Part shown: positions 1 through 13,050 of the stretch, piece by piece | Layout of the letters: each line of letters starts with the position of its first letter | How positions within the stretch are numbered: the first letter of the stretch is position 1 | Assembly: GCA_964016885.1 (NCBI GenBank) | Contig: OZ024742.1 | Location: 233,244,001 to 233,308,000 of the forward strand | Length of the DNA stretch: 64,000 nt | Source of the DNA: Eledone cirrhosa | Taxonomy: Eukaryota | Direction of reading: 5' to 3' | Translations under genes and position numbers: made by a program | The notes under the pieces: model-generated | What the model saw: the letters and a program-made list of their open reading frames with translations, nothing else | Databases searched by the model: none | Told to the model about the DNA's origin: nothing

Positions 1-126
1 GCTTTTAACAAACGGTATCCAAGACATAGTCAAAATGTTTAAACAATGAAACAGGTTGAAATCGAAATGTTTAGCAGAATGATGCAATGTTATGAAGATC
101 TATAAATTTATTCATCAAGATAGGAA

Positions 127-495
127 TCTTCTTCTTCTTCTTCTTCTTCTTCTTCTTCTTCTTCTTCTTCTTCTTCTTCTGTGAGAGTCGTGAGGGCAAA
201 GTCCTCAAACAACCTTCCAGCGGGTTCTTCCAGTTGATTCGGCTCGATCCCCAAGCGAGACCAGCCGAGATCATGAATGTTGTCCAACCAGCTTGTTCGG
301 GCTCTAACCCTGGGTTTCCCATCGGTTGGTTTTGCCCATAAAATCTGTCCATCGATTCTTTCTTGAAACACTCTAACCACGTGTCCGTAATATCGGAGCT
401 GTGATCCCTCAAATCGGAGAAATAGCGACTCTGCTTGGAGCGACACTTTGATCTCAGAACTAAGCACTTTATCAAGTAACGTTACTCCCAAGAGT
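127..495 (-). mobile_element. RTE-clade LINE, 3' terminal fragment ending in a (GAA)n tail
   Basis: ORF 108-491 reads GVTLLDKV..SEI....QLRYYGHVVR....KPTDGKPRVRARTSWLDNI, the typical RTE C-terminal region. It runs directly into (TTC)n at 127-180 and is homologous to 16105-16505 and 29203-29380. Confidence 0.8.
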
Positions 496-589
496 TAATT
501 ACAGGCAATTAGATTACCTCACAGCTCGGAACTCAAACAGGCATGTTATTTTGCAGGTTCCAGAAGGCTGGAAGACAAAATTGACGAAA

Positions 590-760
590 TATTGATTTCT
601 AATTTAGGCAGAAGGCCTGAAAATTTTTAGGGAAGGGCAAAGTTGACGAAATCAGCCCCAGCACTTGACTGGGTGAAAAGCAAAGTTGGCCGCGGTGGCA
701 TTTGAGCTTTGAATATAAAAAGACAGAACAAATACCGCAATGGCATTTTATCCGATACTC
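590..760 (-). mobile_element. Degenerate copy of the major tRNA-derived SINE
   Basis: Partial match (tttctaatttaggcagaaggcc...aaagcaaagttggccgcggtggcatttgagc) to the reverse complement of the full copy at 26960-27150. Confidence 0.55.
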
Positions 761-1439
761 TACCAATTATGCCATATTAACGTCACAGGTCCCATAATAA
801 AAGTGAAGTTTTATGAATGTAGAAAAAGTCGCGTTGTCCTTCATTTTCTTTTTTCCTTGCTCTCTTTGTCTTACTTGTTTTTGCTTAACTGTAAGAGGTA
901 CAAGATACCTCTCATAGACTGTCGTGGCTGACTAGCTCTAAACGAACGTTTAAATTGATTGAATATATAAATAGAATAAATAAATAAAAATAAGTAAAGA
1001 AGGTATTATAAAACTATACAATTAAAATGGAAGATACATTTTTCCTCAAGTTTTGAGTTGCTGCAAGTTGATTATTACTACGCCCAAGGAGGCAGTGTTG
1101 TTAGCAGTATTTGTTTCTGCCCTGTATAATCTGAGTACAAATTTAGTACGATAATTTATGTTTAAAACCCATGACCTGCTGCTTCGGATTATATCGCAAA
1201 TATATTTTTAGAAAATATCGCTTAATCATATTAATATGTTATTTAATAATCACTAAATATGAGTTTACATAATGTATAGAGTTTTAAAGCATATTTTGTG
1301 TTGTTTTAGACCGTGACATTTTGTTTATTACGTTAATCCTTTTCATGTAATGCATTATAATATTTTTAATCGAGAATCTCAAGCAAAGCTTTGTTGTAAT
1401 GGAAAAATCTATTGTTAAATGTTATTTTCTTTACAACAG

Positions 1440-1600
1440 TCATGGCTATTTGGTTAAGAGGTTGGCCTCGAAAATTCGTAGATCCAGGTTCAAACCTTCT
1501 CTGTAGAATTTCGACCAAGTATATTTCAACATGACCTCGAGTCAATTAAAGTATTATGAGTAAAATTTAGCAAATGGAAACTTTGTGGAAGCCGGTCCCA
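1440..1600 (+). mobile_element. Degenerate tRNA-headed SINE, second family
   Basis: A-box-like tggctatttggttaag and B-box ggttcaaacc. Related decayed copies at about 13345-13520 and 50820-50950. Confidence 0.45.
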
Positions 1601-1638
1601 GCGGCCGTACCAGTTTTCATGCAGTATATTTTTCTTGC

Positions 1639-1754
1639 CAGTCTGTATAACACTGGTCCTTTCTTGGAACACACTGTTGCAAGCATTTCAACCAGGTCTC
1701 CGGTCTGGAGATTTCCTCCCTTCTTCACACTTGTCTCGGACAACCTGCTGATTC
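1639..1754 (-). CDS. Candidate internal exon of an unidentified host gene
   Basis: Non-repetitive sequence with a ttttag acceptor and a GC-type donor (ctg|gcaaga). The single open frame encodes (G)ISRLSETSVKKGGNLQTGDLVEMLATVCSKKGPVLYRL. No partner exons were found. Confidence 0.25.
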
Positions 1755-2149
1755 CTAAAACGATAAACATAGTTTCGTGATTGAATCGTTTCACTCCATA
1801 ACTGCAGTTACTTTGGTTAATATTCCACTAGCAAAAAACTGGAATCGTTCAGGATTGTTCAGCAAACCATTGACCCACCTTGAACTACTTTAACATTCGT
1901 CACTTCGGAGTCCATGGGAAAATCACTCTTTGAGTTATAGTTATCGTTTTACGTCCGTTTTTCCATGCTTTCACGAGCTGGACAAAGCTTACCCCCGCTT
2001 CATGGGTGTTAAGTGACTGAGACAAGACACCAAGCAATCACAGGGCTAACCTCCAGCTGCAGCTGGTACTACCAGGATCAGACTTACTTTTCATTGCTTT
2101 GATCACATTCTATTTTTAATCAATTATTGACTGATGTATAGACAAAATA

Positions 2150-2520
2150 GTTAGATCATCGGACAAAATGTTCTGCGGTATTTGTTCCGACACTTTATAT
2201 TTTAAATTCAAATCCCACTAAAGTCAACTTTGCCTTTCATCATCGATAAAATATAGGACCAGTCTATTACTGGGATCAATTTCATCGGACACCCAAATTG
2301 CTGGCATTGTATTCTTAATTTGGAACCACCATTAATTAATTATAATAATAGATAATTGTTTCTACTTTAGGCACAAGGCCAGCAATTACCGAGTGCATTA
2401 CTGGTACTTTATTTTATCGACCCCGTAAGGATGAAAGGCAAAGTCAACCTCGGCGGGATTTGAACTCAGATCGTAAAGGGATGTAACTATGCTGGAAAGC
2501 ATGGCGTCCGACCCTCTAAG
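2150..2520. mobile_element. Two copies of the major SINE, tail to tail (2150-2330 +, 2352-2520 -)
   Basis: Both carry the family core ttcaaatccc...tttgcctttcat...cgataaaat...ttgctggc or its reverse complement. Confidence 0.75.
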
Positions 2521-3576
2521 ATAATAAAAGTAAATGGAAAATCAAACTTTCCAGTTGTTGTCTTCCTGTTTCTTCTACAACAACTACAACGGTACGCGAT
2601 GGGGCCCACCCACAGCCCCGGCGGACAGAATGGAGAAGGCGCTTCCCCGGAGGACGGCAAATGTATTAAACTTCCAATATAAGAAATGGATTTTAGAGCA
2701 ACTTTAAAAAAAAAAAAAAAAAAAAATTAATTATAATTCATTAGATTTTCAGGGATGTTCTTTTTTTTTTTTTTTGCCTATCTTCATTACAGAAGAAAGA
2801 AGGATGAGAAGAAGAAAAACAAAAACCTAAACAGCGAAGCTGACAACAACCACCACCACAACAAAAACAGAACCAACAACTAGACCTTATTTTATTGATC
2901 CGAGGAGAGTATTAAGAAGGCAAAGTTGTTAAGATTTGACTGGTTGAACTAAAATCGTTGAATAAATGAAAGCCTTACCCGATGACAGTGTCACTAGTCA
3001 GTGTCACTAGTCAGCAGCAACAGTAGCAGCGATAGGGATCTTATAACAAACTAAGTGACAATAACCATTGAAGCTGTTGGGAGAAGCAACAATAGCAACA
3101 AATATTAACTATACCCAGATGCTTTCAATAACAATAAAAGAATCACTAGCCACTATGACGAAGAGGTGAAATAACCAACAAACGATGCAATAAAAAGAGA
3201 ATCAGGAATGGTTATGACAGCCATAATAAAATATCTGGCGACAATGATAACAGCAATAATGGAGACAACAATAGCAAAAATATATACGTATGTGTCGCTG
3301 TTTTTTTTTTTTTACTATAATTGTTTTAATGTTTATATAAACACGTCGCCAGTAGAGAAATAAATAGTGGAGAAAAATTAAACAATAGTTATATCAGAAA
3401 GTACAAACATTACCAAACATTACCACTACAATAACAACAACAATGAGAGCAACAACAACAATAATTATCATGTCGATGACGATAATGAAGATGACAATAA
3501 GGATGTATGGATGTATTAAAACAATCTCTTTGTGATGATGATGATGATGGCGATGATCATGTTTATAATAAGAATT

Positions 3577-4575
3577 ATAATTGTTTCTACTTTTGGCACA
3601 AGGCCAGCAATTTTCTCAGTGTATTACTGGTACTTTATTTTATCGACCCGGTAAGGATGAAAGGCAAAGTTAACCTCGGCGGGATTTGAACTCAGATCAT
3701 AAAGGGCCGTAACTCTTTGCTGCAAAGCATGGCGTCCGACTCTCTACCGATACTGCCAATTATAATGATTTCTGATTAGGCACAAGGCCAGCAATTATCC
3801 CAGTGCATTACTGGTACTTTATTTTATCGATCCCGTAAGGATGAAAGGCGAAACTAACCTCGGCGCGATTTGAACTCAGAACGTAAAGGGCCGTAACACC
3901 ATGCTGCAAAGCATGGTGTCTGACGCTCTACTGATACTACCAAATAATTATTATGACAATAATAATTGTTTCTACTTTAGGCACAAGGCCAGCAATTACT
4001 CAGTGCATTACTGGTACTTTATTTTATCGACCCCGAAAGGATGAAAGGCAAAGTTAACCTTGGCGGGATTTGAACTCAGAATGGCAAGGGCCGTAACTCT
4101 ATGCGTCAAAGCATGGCGTCCGACCTTCTACCGATACTGCCAATCCACAATAATAATGGTTTCTAAATAAAGTACAAGGCTAGCAATTCGAGGGAAGGGA
4201 ACGGTCGATTATACCGATTACAGTATATATTATTAGGATAGGCAGATTCGGTAAAGCGTCAGGCAACATGCTTTGTGGCATAGAGTTACGTCCTTTTACG
4301 TTCTGAGTTCAAATCCCGCCGAGGTTAGCTTTGCCTTTCATCCTTACGAGGTTGATGAAATAAAGTACCAGTAATGCACTAAGGTCGATTAAATCGACTC
4401 TCTCCACCAAAGATTGTTGGCTTTGTGTCTAAATCAGAAACCATTTAAGGCAGTGGATTGGCCGAATCGGTAGAGCGCCGGACATCATGCATGCAGCATA
4501 GAGTAACGGCCGTTTACATTCTGAGTTCAAATCCAGCCGAGGTTAGCTTTGCCTTACGGGGTCGATAAAATAAAG
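3577..4575. mobile_element. Cluster of about six major-SINE copies (3577-3760, 3762-3945, 3962-4148, 4152-4225 on -; 4238-4445, 4447-4575 on +)
   Basis: Repeated ggcacaaggccagcaatt...ctggtactttattttatcgaccccgtaaggatgaaaggcaaagttaacctcggcgggatttgaactcaga units separated by short (AAT)n tails. Confidence 0.9.
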
Positions 4576-4589
4576 AATTTGAAAAGCAA

Positions 4590-6830
4590 GCGCCCCACTT
4601 TGGCGAGGTGTGAACGGGGTCAATGCATGGTGGTCAGGCGGTAATAGATGACGGACGTGATGTACACATTCTCCACCTCCATCCAGCCTTTCAGGGATAG
4701 CTTTCTCTCTGCTCATTTCTAGGTGAATTTGGCCACCCTGCTCGTTACCTAATCCTAGTTCTTATCCATCTAGAGGTCTGGCCCAAAGCAGACCCCGAGC
4801 AACGTTATCGGTCCATCCGTCCAGTGTCCAACGACGCTGTTGAACGGTAAGGATTTGCCTCTTCAGGTTCCGAGTTGCAAACCCACCGACTTTTCCGGGT
4901 TGTTCTTTGCTCCTGTCAACCTTTCATATTCATCAAAGAAGTTGACGACCACCTCAGTTTCCGAGTCTTTCAACACCATCACGGTGATGTCGTCCGCATA
5001 TATCAACGCAACCATACCATGTCCTGATTCGAGCGGCATACACTGCAACAGCTCCAGCTTCTGAAGTAATAGCTGGAGAATCAATACGTACAGGATGGAG
5101 GAGAATTAGGCTTCCTTGACGGGCAGAGCGCGTGGTATGGGCCTAAAGTTATCTAAAAGGTCCCTCTTGATCTTGTCTTTCCTCATCAGCGTTACTATGC
5201 CCGACTCACAGAATTGGGAAATCTCCCGTTCTGCTGCCAGTTGCAGTATACGGCTTCGAAGAGATCGGAGAACAAGTCTGGCATGTCTACGTAAAACTCA
5301 TAAAGAAGACCATCCAAACCGGGCAATTTGCGCCTCGTACAGTCGGCCAGGGCTTCCCAAATTTCGGCTGTTATCGGCTTTTCACAGCACTTCGCATAGT
5401 CGCCGATACGATCGTGACAATGCTGTCGAGGTAAGAATTGACGCCCACCACTGTCTCCAGCCCCGGTCTCCACGAACAGACGTACAAAGTGCTGACGAGA
5501 AGACGCACACATCTGCTTGGAATCGACCAGCACGCGGCCATCTCGGTGCGTCAAAGACCGAATTGTAGTTTTGTTGCTACGCTTCGCCTCTGCCACTCGG
5601 TCCCATCGAATAGATTTTGTACCCCGTTTCTTAGAAGACGGGCTTTAGCTCTAACAATGCAACCGTCGTGTCTTACATTGAAAAAATGGTTGTGTTATTC
5701 TCGCGGCTAGCATGTCGGTTGCAATGCCACTTCTAATTCAGTTACTAACTCCCCCTTCATTCTATTTTTTCTATCGTTATTTCTTTACTAAATGCTGTCA
5801 ATTCTACTATAATTGTTCTCTTGAGAGCACCACACCACGTGTTGTTGATGATTTCTCCTGTCAAATTTTGCTTAACTAAAGTGCTAATCCGGTCACCGTA
5901 GGCTTTACGCATCGGGCACGACGCGTTAAGTTTCCAGTAACCGAGACCCTGTCTACGTGTTCTATCTTGGTCGACCATGCAGATCACGAACTTGTGGTCT
6001 GGATAGGTGACCGTTTGAAATCGTGGACATCCTATTTTATCCCTATCTGCTAACCCAATGAAGAACCTATCTATAGACGATCTAGATGACCCTATGAGAT
6101 TAGCCCCAGTCCACACTGGCACATTCGTGCGTGCAGGATGCCGCTCCAGTTCTAGCTAACAGTAAATGGTGAGACATTCCTAGAATGGCGCTTGAAGAAA
6201 TCTGGTCGTCCGGCCACGGTCGGGGTGTAGGCGGCCACCATTATATGGGCAACACCATTCTGAAGGCACCACCTTCGCTATTATTCACATTCAGGACCAT
6301 CAACTTACCGTCTATATCCAGAAAGATCATCCGTACCTCGAGATCCAGGCCTTTCCTAAACCATAGTGCCACACCGCTTCCGATTCTAGGCCGGCTAAGA
6401 GATGCGATGATCTCATAGTCGTCAAAAATAGGAGCTTCTTTGTACGTGTCGGAAATCCTGGTCTCGCAGACGCTAGTTACATTCATAGCTAGTGACCTGA
6501 GATCATTGAGAAAGCGAACTTGCTTCCAGGACGACCCCGGGCCATGTACATTTATACATACTACTCTTATAATAGTCATGCTGGCTGGTTAGTGAAGAGA
6601 AAAAACGGGAGGGAAGGGGGGATACATAACCCCGGGTGCTGTTGAAAATCGGGTGGTTCGACCTTCATATTTGGTGGGGCTTCTTTTTTGGAACCTCTTT
6701 TAAAAGCCTACTCGTGGATTTCATGTTAGGGTTTCCCACCTCCTTGGTGAAGCCCTCCCTAATACTTTCGTTGGCATCTAGAAACATTCGTCTCATAATA
6801 AGAGGTCATGTGGTAGACGCGTCTGAAAAG
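4590..6830 (-). mobile_element. Tx1-like (L1-clade) LINE, decayed and internally deleted: ORF1 end, APE endonuclease and part of RT
   Basis: 6241-6579 INVHG...CETRI (APE N-terminus). 5757-6122 SSIDRF/PDHK/GYWKLN. 5195-5596 KLPGLDGLLYEFY. 4863-5084 YADD. Confidence 0.85.
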
Positions 6831-7630
6831 GTTAAAGACGGGCACTTTCCTCTTCGGCGACGCCAAGGTGGAGTTTCCACCGATCGCAGTGCCCGATTGG
6901 CAAAAAGCAGTGAGCGCTTGAAGACATTCCAGTTTCTAAGCGCTCCTTCTCGGTCTCCGTTGGACCCAGAATTGCAGCTCAGTGAAGGAGACGAGCTGGG
7001 GGAAAATGTGCCTTGCGTAAACCGACCACACCTGTTCACCGACGAGGAAGATCTGGAGATGTCGTGGATTCAGCGCATGTCTGCGAATCATCAGCTACGG
7101 CATGTCCAGTCTTCCACTTAGCGGTTGTTGACAGCAGATGGACCGCGTGACCATCGGAGCGCTTCCCCTCCACAAAAAGGGAAAGAGCAAACGCTCCAGT
7201 GCAGTCAGGCGAGGCAGGACGGTCAGGCGGTAGTAGATGACGGACGCGATGTACGCGTTCGCCACCTCTGCACAAACTGGAAACGTTGAGGGGCATCCTG
7301 CGCGAACTGGGATGCGTGACTTAATACACACAACAGAGATGAGAGGGGACAACACTGGTGGACCAAGCGCATGATGTTGAACGGTTCCGAAAGGTGACCG
7401 TTCACTCTCATCACAGCAGATGTTGCTGTGCATAGCGACCCACCCTCTGAAAACGGGCCCAAAGCCGGCCGCCGGAAGGACGGCCATCAGGTATTGATAG
7501 TCAACCCTATAGAATGCTTTCGATTGATCTAAATTGATCAGGGCCCCACGCGTGCCAAGTCCCTTAACTACCCTCTCCACGATGTATCGCATGAGGTGGA
7601 TGTTGTCGTAGATGGATCTGAATGGAATGG
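6830..7630 (-). mobile_element. Second Tx1-like LINE fragment (RT and downstream region), in tandem with the previous copy
   Basis: HLMRYIVERV...INLDQSKAF.RVD.QYL, VNGHLSEPF...QCCPLS, ANAYIASVIYYRLTV. Homologous to 17100-18550. Confidence 0.85.
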
Positions 7631-8085
7631 CACAAGGCCAGCAATTTTTTAGGAGTGGAAAATCGATTAAATGGAGACCAGTGCGTTACTGGTATTTCAT
7701 TTTATCGACCCCGCAAGAATGAAAGGCAAATTTAACCTCGGCGGGATTTGAATTCAGATCATAAAGGGCCGTAAAATAATAGTAATAATAATTGTTTCTA
7801 CTTTTGGCACAAGGCCAGCAATTACCCAGTTCATTACTGGTACTTTATTTTATCAACCCCGTAAGGATGAAAAGCAATGGTTTCTTATATAGGCACAAGG
7901 CCATCAATTTTGGGTGAGGGGAAAGTCGATTAAATCGACCCCAGTGCGTGACTGGTACTTTATTTTATCGACCCCATAAGGATGAAAAGCAAAGTTAACC
8001 TCGGCGGGATTAGAACCCAGACCGTAAAGGGCCGTAACTCTATGCTGTAAAGCATGTTGTCTGACGTTCTTCCGATACACCAAAC
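7628..8085 (-). mobile_element. Three tandem or partial major-SINE copies
   Basis: Family core repeated at 7628-7772, 7788-7875 and 7876-8085. Confidence 0.85.
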
Positions 8086-8120
8086 CACCACCAATAATAA
8101 TAACAATAATAATAATAATA

Positions 8121-8164
<44 letters not shown>

Positions 8165-8664
8165 CTCGATGATAATAATAAGAACATTAATAATGATAAT
8201 CGTTTCTTTAATAATAATCCTTCAATTGTTGTGACATTAAAACTGAAGTAAAATCGAAATCAATCGTCATATCTGTTTGTATTCTTATTTCTGTCTGAAG
8301 CAAGTAGATGCATGCTATAGACTATAGAAGCCAAATGTCAATAGTATTGGACGATCATAAATTGCATGAATAACTGCGAATAAATAGCAAGCTAATATTC
8401 GGTCAGAACGATTGGATGCTTGATTAAATGTAGCCATAGCTGTATTTACTAAGCTGTCCTGTCAAATATGTAGACCTCAATACACACATATACATTGAAT
8501 GTTGATCATCAGTTAGTGTTGTATATGTTGCCGAAACTAGCGGTGAAACTAAACCAGTTATGAATGAAGCCCTGTTAAAGATTGCAGGTGTGCCTATTGT
8601 CAGCATATCATAAAAGCTTGAACTATGTATATTAACATACAAACACACACACATACACACACAT

Positions 8665-8729
<65 letters not shown>

Positions 8730-8793
8730 TGTGTGTATATGTACGAGTTAGCATGGATTTCCGTATGTTTCTATATTAATATACATATATGTG

Positions 8794-8834
<41 letters not shown>

Positions 8835-9001
8835 ATGTGTATGTGTGTGTGTGTGTAGACATTGAAACAAATACATGGAGACACACACACATATACTTTA
8901 TACTTTTATGAAAACCTGCTTCGAAACGATTTAGTGAGGGAGCCTCTACATGGTTCCTTGAGCTGTTAGAAATAGCGACGAAATTTCTCCAGTATTAACA
9001 T

Positions 9002-9320
9002 AATAATTGTTTCTACTTTTGGCACAAGGCCAGCAATTACCCAGTGTATTACTGGTACTTTATTTTATCGACCCCGTAAGGATGAGAGGCAAAGTTAACC
9101 TCGGCGGGATTTGAACTCAGTATTAACATAATAATGGCTTCTGATTTAGGCACAAGGCCAACAATTTTAGGGCAGGGTTAGTCGATTAAATCGACCCCAG
9201 TACGTGCTTTATTTTATCGATCTTGTAAGGATGATTTGAACTTAGAACGTAAAGGAACGTAACTCTATGCTGCAAAGCATGGTGTCCGACGCTCTACCAA
9301 TACTGCCAATCCACCGCCCG
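9002..9320 (-). mobile_element. Two major-SINE copies
   Basis: Family core at 9002-9120 and 9130-9320. The second copy includes the head (tactgccaatccaccgccc). Confidence 0.85.
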
Positions 9321-9569
9321 CAATAACCTGTAATTAATAGTTGACGTTTTCGAGCAAAGAGTGGTACAATATAAAAGCAATTCTGAAAGTTCTGTCTAAG
9401 CGAATTAGAGATGAAATATGCGAGATTTTCTAAAATTCAACACAGTTTTCCAGGCTGTTATATAAAGTTCTATGATGTACCTTTGTTTCTTAGTTAGAAA
9501 TCTGTTCAGGTGCTTCCCGGGAGAAAGTACAAGGTCTATCACCGAAGCAATATATCACTAACTATTCTT

Positions 9570-9745
9570 GCCTTGCTTTTCTGGGACAGTTTCTTTTTAG
9601 CTCATTTCTGAGTGAGTTTGGTTACACTGCTCATGAACTCTTCCCAGGTTTTATCCACTGGAGGTCTAGTTTGAATCAGACCCTGAGCACCTTACTCGGA
9701 CCTTCGGTCCAGCGACAGAAACCACCGCCTGCATTGACTTGTTGT
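9570..9745 (-). mobile_element. Highly decayed Tx1-like LINE fragment
   Basis: Nucleotide similarity (ggaggtctagtttgaatcagaccctgagcacc...ccttcggtccagcg) to 17860-18000 and 4700-4840. Confidence 0.55.
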
Positions 9746-10089
9746 GGTTAATGCATGTTCCCATTACCTCCTTGCACTCCTTCAGGAACGACAAGGAATC
9801 GAAATTTCATAACACCGCTTCTTAAAAGCGAAGAACCTTTGTCAAATTAAAAGACACTAAAATACAATGGAATAATGTGCTTTGATATTAAGAATGTTAT
9901 AATAACACTGCATTGTTTGTTGTTTAGACATAGGACTACATTATTCAATGTGTCTTTCCATTTTAAAGATGATAATGTGTGGTTTGTGGAGGAGGAATTG
10001 TCTGCTACCTTTAGCAAACCGAGTGACTACATACAGTTCGGAAGTTAGATTAGTTTGTTGAGTGTAAGAAAGAAGAGTAATAAGTTTTA

Positions 10090-10410
10090 GATTAATGAAC
10101 AGACTAATGAATGAACCAACGAATAGATCAATGCTAGAAGAAAGAATAGATCAACGTGTGAGTAGATGAATGAATTAATGCATGAATCAACGAACAGGGC
10201 AATGGATTAATGAACAGACCATCAGATGAAATAAGGAATAGACTAATGAATATATTAATGAATAAATTAACGAATAGATTAATGAATAGATTAATGAATC
10301 GATTGACGAATGGATCAACAAATACCGAACAAATAGATTAACAAAGGGTTTAGCGAGTGGCTAATGGAATGGATTAACTAATGATCTAAGGAATAGAAAA
10401 ATGAATGAAG
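10090..10410. repeat. Degenerate minisatellite of about 12 bp (gaatagattaat-like)
   Basis: Repeated gaatagattaat / gaacagactaat / gaatagatcaat units. Confidence 0.6.
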
Positions 10411-10444
10411 CATGCTTGTTTTTTAATTAATCGTACATCTTCCT

Positions 10445-10972
10445 TTATAGAGACGTCCAACCAAGCGAAAACCCTCCATCAGGCATCTACCATACTCTGA
10501 ACGCCTTGCTTCCCTGGACATGGATATATTGAAGCTCCGACGTCTGGCAACTGACTTGGTAAACACCCACAAGATTATTAACCATCTTTCCAACAACAAC
10601 CCTGAGCAACTTTTTGAATTCCATGTGTCTAACACACGTGGGCAGGCCTACGAAATCAGAAAACAACACAGCTCCCAAGACTTTTGTAAACATTTTTTCA
10701 CGCTCAGAGTTGCTGAAGCATGGAACAAACTACCTGCATCAGTTGTTAGCTGCCGGGACACTGCATCCTTTAAAACCTCCATGCTTCCTGAAATTCGCCA
10801 ACACTACACCTGATACCCCCCCCCCTCCATATACAGGCACACATGTACATCATGACTCATACACTGTTCACTTTCCTGACATTTGTACATTATTCTATGT
10901 ATTATACATGCACCTTTGACGAGTTGTAGTACACCTGAGCACTGTACACAATCATTTCATTATCATTATTAT
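10445..10972 (+). mobile_element. CR1-like LINE 3' fragment with 3' UTR and (ATT)-like tail
   Basis: ORF 10520-10813: LKLRRLATDL..HKII....TRGQ....FFTLRVAEAWNKLPASVV....SFK, a canonical CR1/L2-group C-terminus. Confidence 0.85.
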
Positions 10973-11122
10973 ATATAAATAGTTTTTAAAATTTCTAGCC
11001 GTTCTTTTAATGTTAGTAATATCCAAATTCCTTTTCATCTTTCAATTAATTGACAAAAATTAACTTTTCTGAACTGTATTTTATTTAAAGTCTGTAGAAT
11101 TTGCTTGTCATCTCTTTGCAGG

Positions 11123-11176
<54 letters not shown>

Positions 11177-11542
11177 AGCAGCATCATCACCACCACCACC
11201 ACCACCACCACCACCACCACCATCATCATCGTTTAACGTCCATTTTCCACGCTAGCAAGGGATTATTGTTGAAAGCTTCAAGGCATCAAAGGCAACCGTG
11301 ATCCAACCGTGATCCAACCCCATTATTTTCTCAAACATAGTTTATGTAAGGCACATCATTCAATGCGCCATTTTGTCTTATGACAGCAGGGTGTTTACAT
11401 AATATTCTGCTGCTGTTTCGAACACGTTGATGGACTGAGTAAAAAGATAGATGTAGATATTAGTTAATTTGTAAACCTCGTACAAAATGATTCGCTTTTC
11501 TGACTAATGAAACCGTAGAGCATCATAGAGCATAGTCAGCAC

Positions 11543-11780
11543 ATCATCATCATCATCATCATCATTTTACGTCCGCTTTTCCCTGCTTGCAAGGGTGGGA
11601 CGGGTCCTGTTCAGCACAGCATCTCTCCACTTCTCACGGTCCTTCGTCATCTCCTCCGTGAGCTTCAGCAATCTGAGGTCTGCTCTCACCACTTCCACAA
11701 ATGTTTTTCGTGGTCTTCCTCTACTGGGATTTCTTGGCACTTCTTTATCCAGCGGTCATCCTCCATGCACATCACATTAA
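11543..11780 (-). mobile_element. RTE-type LINE 3' end with (GAT)n tail
   Basis: The minus strand encodes PSRGRPRKTF.EVVRADL. The 3' UTR (aaaagcggacgtaaaatgatgatg) is shared with remnants at about 1940-1985 and 11220-11262. Confidence 0.6.
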
Positions 11781-11999
11781 TATTACTTGTGTGTATATTG
11801 ATATTATACGCAAATATATATGCATGTAGATATGATTGAGAAATGTATAAATGCCACACAATCTCCTTTCCTCCCCATTAAAAATTGTAAAGCTTCTTTT
11901 TACTTACTATTTGGAAATTCAATGTGGTTCTAACCCAAATCGTAACAACACTAATTTTTTGCCAACGCATCCAGAGAAGTTAATCAACGAAACTGCTTG

Positions 12000-12256
12000 A
12001 TCATGAAATTAGCATGTAAGTGACTGAGTATTCCACAAATACATAGTTCTCAGAGAGGTTCAGCGTAACACAATTTGACACATGGCCGACCCCTTGAATT
12101 GCAGGGGAAACTAATTTTTACCAGCTGAGTGGACTGGAGGAACGTGAAATAAAGTGTTTTGCTGAAGAATACATCCCGCCGGCCGGTTCAGAAATCGAAC
12201 TCACGACATTACGATCGTGAGTCGAACGTCCTAATTATCAAGTGATGCGCCTTCAC
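12000..12256 (-). mobile_element. tRNA-headed SINE, third family
   Basis: Reverse complement of gtgaaggcgc...gtgagttcgatt head plus cactttatttcacgttcctccagtccactcagctg core. Related copies at 12870-13050, 20353-20490 and 47895-48035. Confidence 0.7.
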
Positions 12257-12397
12257 ATAGGTTATATGATATGATAAGAAAAAAGAACTAACGTTAGCAT
12301 CCATGGCAAACATGCATAAACTTATTTTAGTAGTTTTATCGAAGAACCTACGTGCCAAGCATGTGGGCAAATTAAGACACATAGACATAGACACACG

Positions 12398-12448
<51 letters not shown>

Positions 12449-12869
12449 GCGCGCACGCACACACACAGAGTTTCACGCATTCACATAAACACACTGGTAT
12501 AAATATACATAAAAATAGTAAGAAATAAAATGCTTAGAAACCCTTGTATGCACGGTTTTTCAATGATTTCAATGCACCAACTGAAACAAAAGCCTTTTTC
12601 TTTTACACCAGTTCAGTTTACTGACAAGCCACCGACCTCCAGCTTCTCCTAATCATTTAGTTTTGACAGGTTGTTAGGTAGTTAGGCGGGTGTTTGTAAA
12701 GCCACCCGTATTCTACTGAAACCTTTACTCACTGTTCAGTACTGAAACTTTTTTTTTACTCGCCATCTATAGCACCAACAAGAAATAAAAATGTCGGTAA
12801 CATTAGAAGAGAAAATAAAAATGATAAGAAAGAAAAACGATGTCAAAGATCATTTAATAATTGTCGTAT

Positions 12870-13050
12870 GTGAAGGCGCGTGGGCTAGTGGTTAAGGTGT
12901 AGGACTAATGATTGTCATGTCGTGTGTTTAATTCACGTTGCTCCAGTCAACTCAACAATAGCTGGGAGTTGATGCTGTGATCGACTGGTGTTCTGTCCAG
13001 GGAGAAGTCTTATACTTACAGTCGTTTATCGCTAATAAACCTGGACTTAA
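12870..13050 (+). mobile_element. tRNA-headed SINE, third family, decayed
   Basis: gaaggcgcgtgggctagtggttaaggtg A-box head and ttcacgttgctccagtcaactca core. Confidence 0.6.

Noticed and set aside
2545-2690. GC-rich patch as an exon
   Set aside because: Short open frames without recognisable homology or a convincing donor site.
3577-4150. CRISPR-like regular repeats
   Set aside because: Units are about 185-bp SINE copies without unique spacers, in a eukaryotic context with no cas genes.
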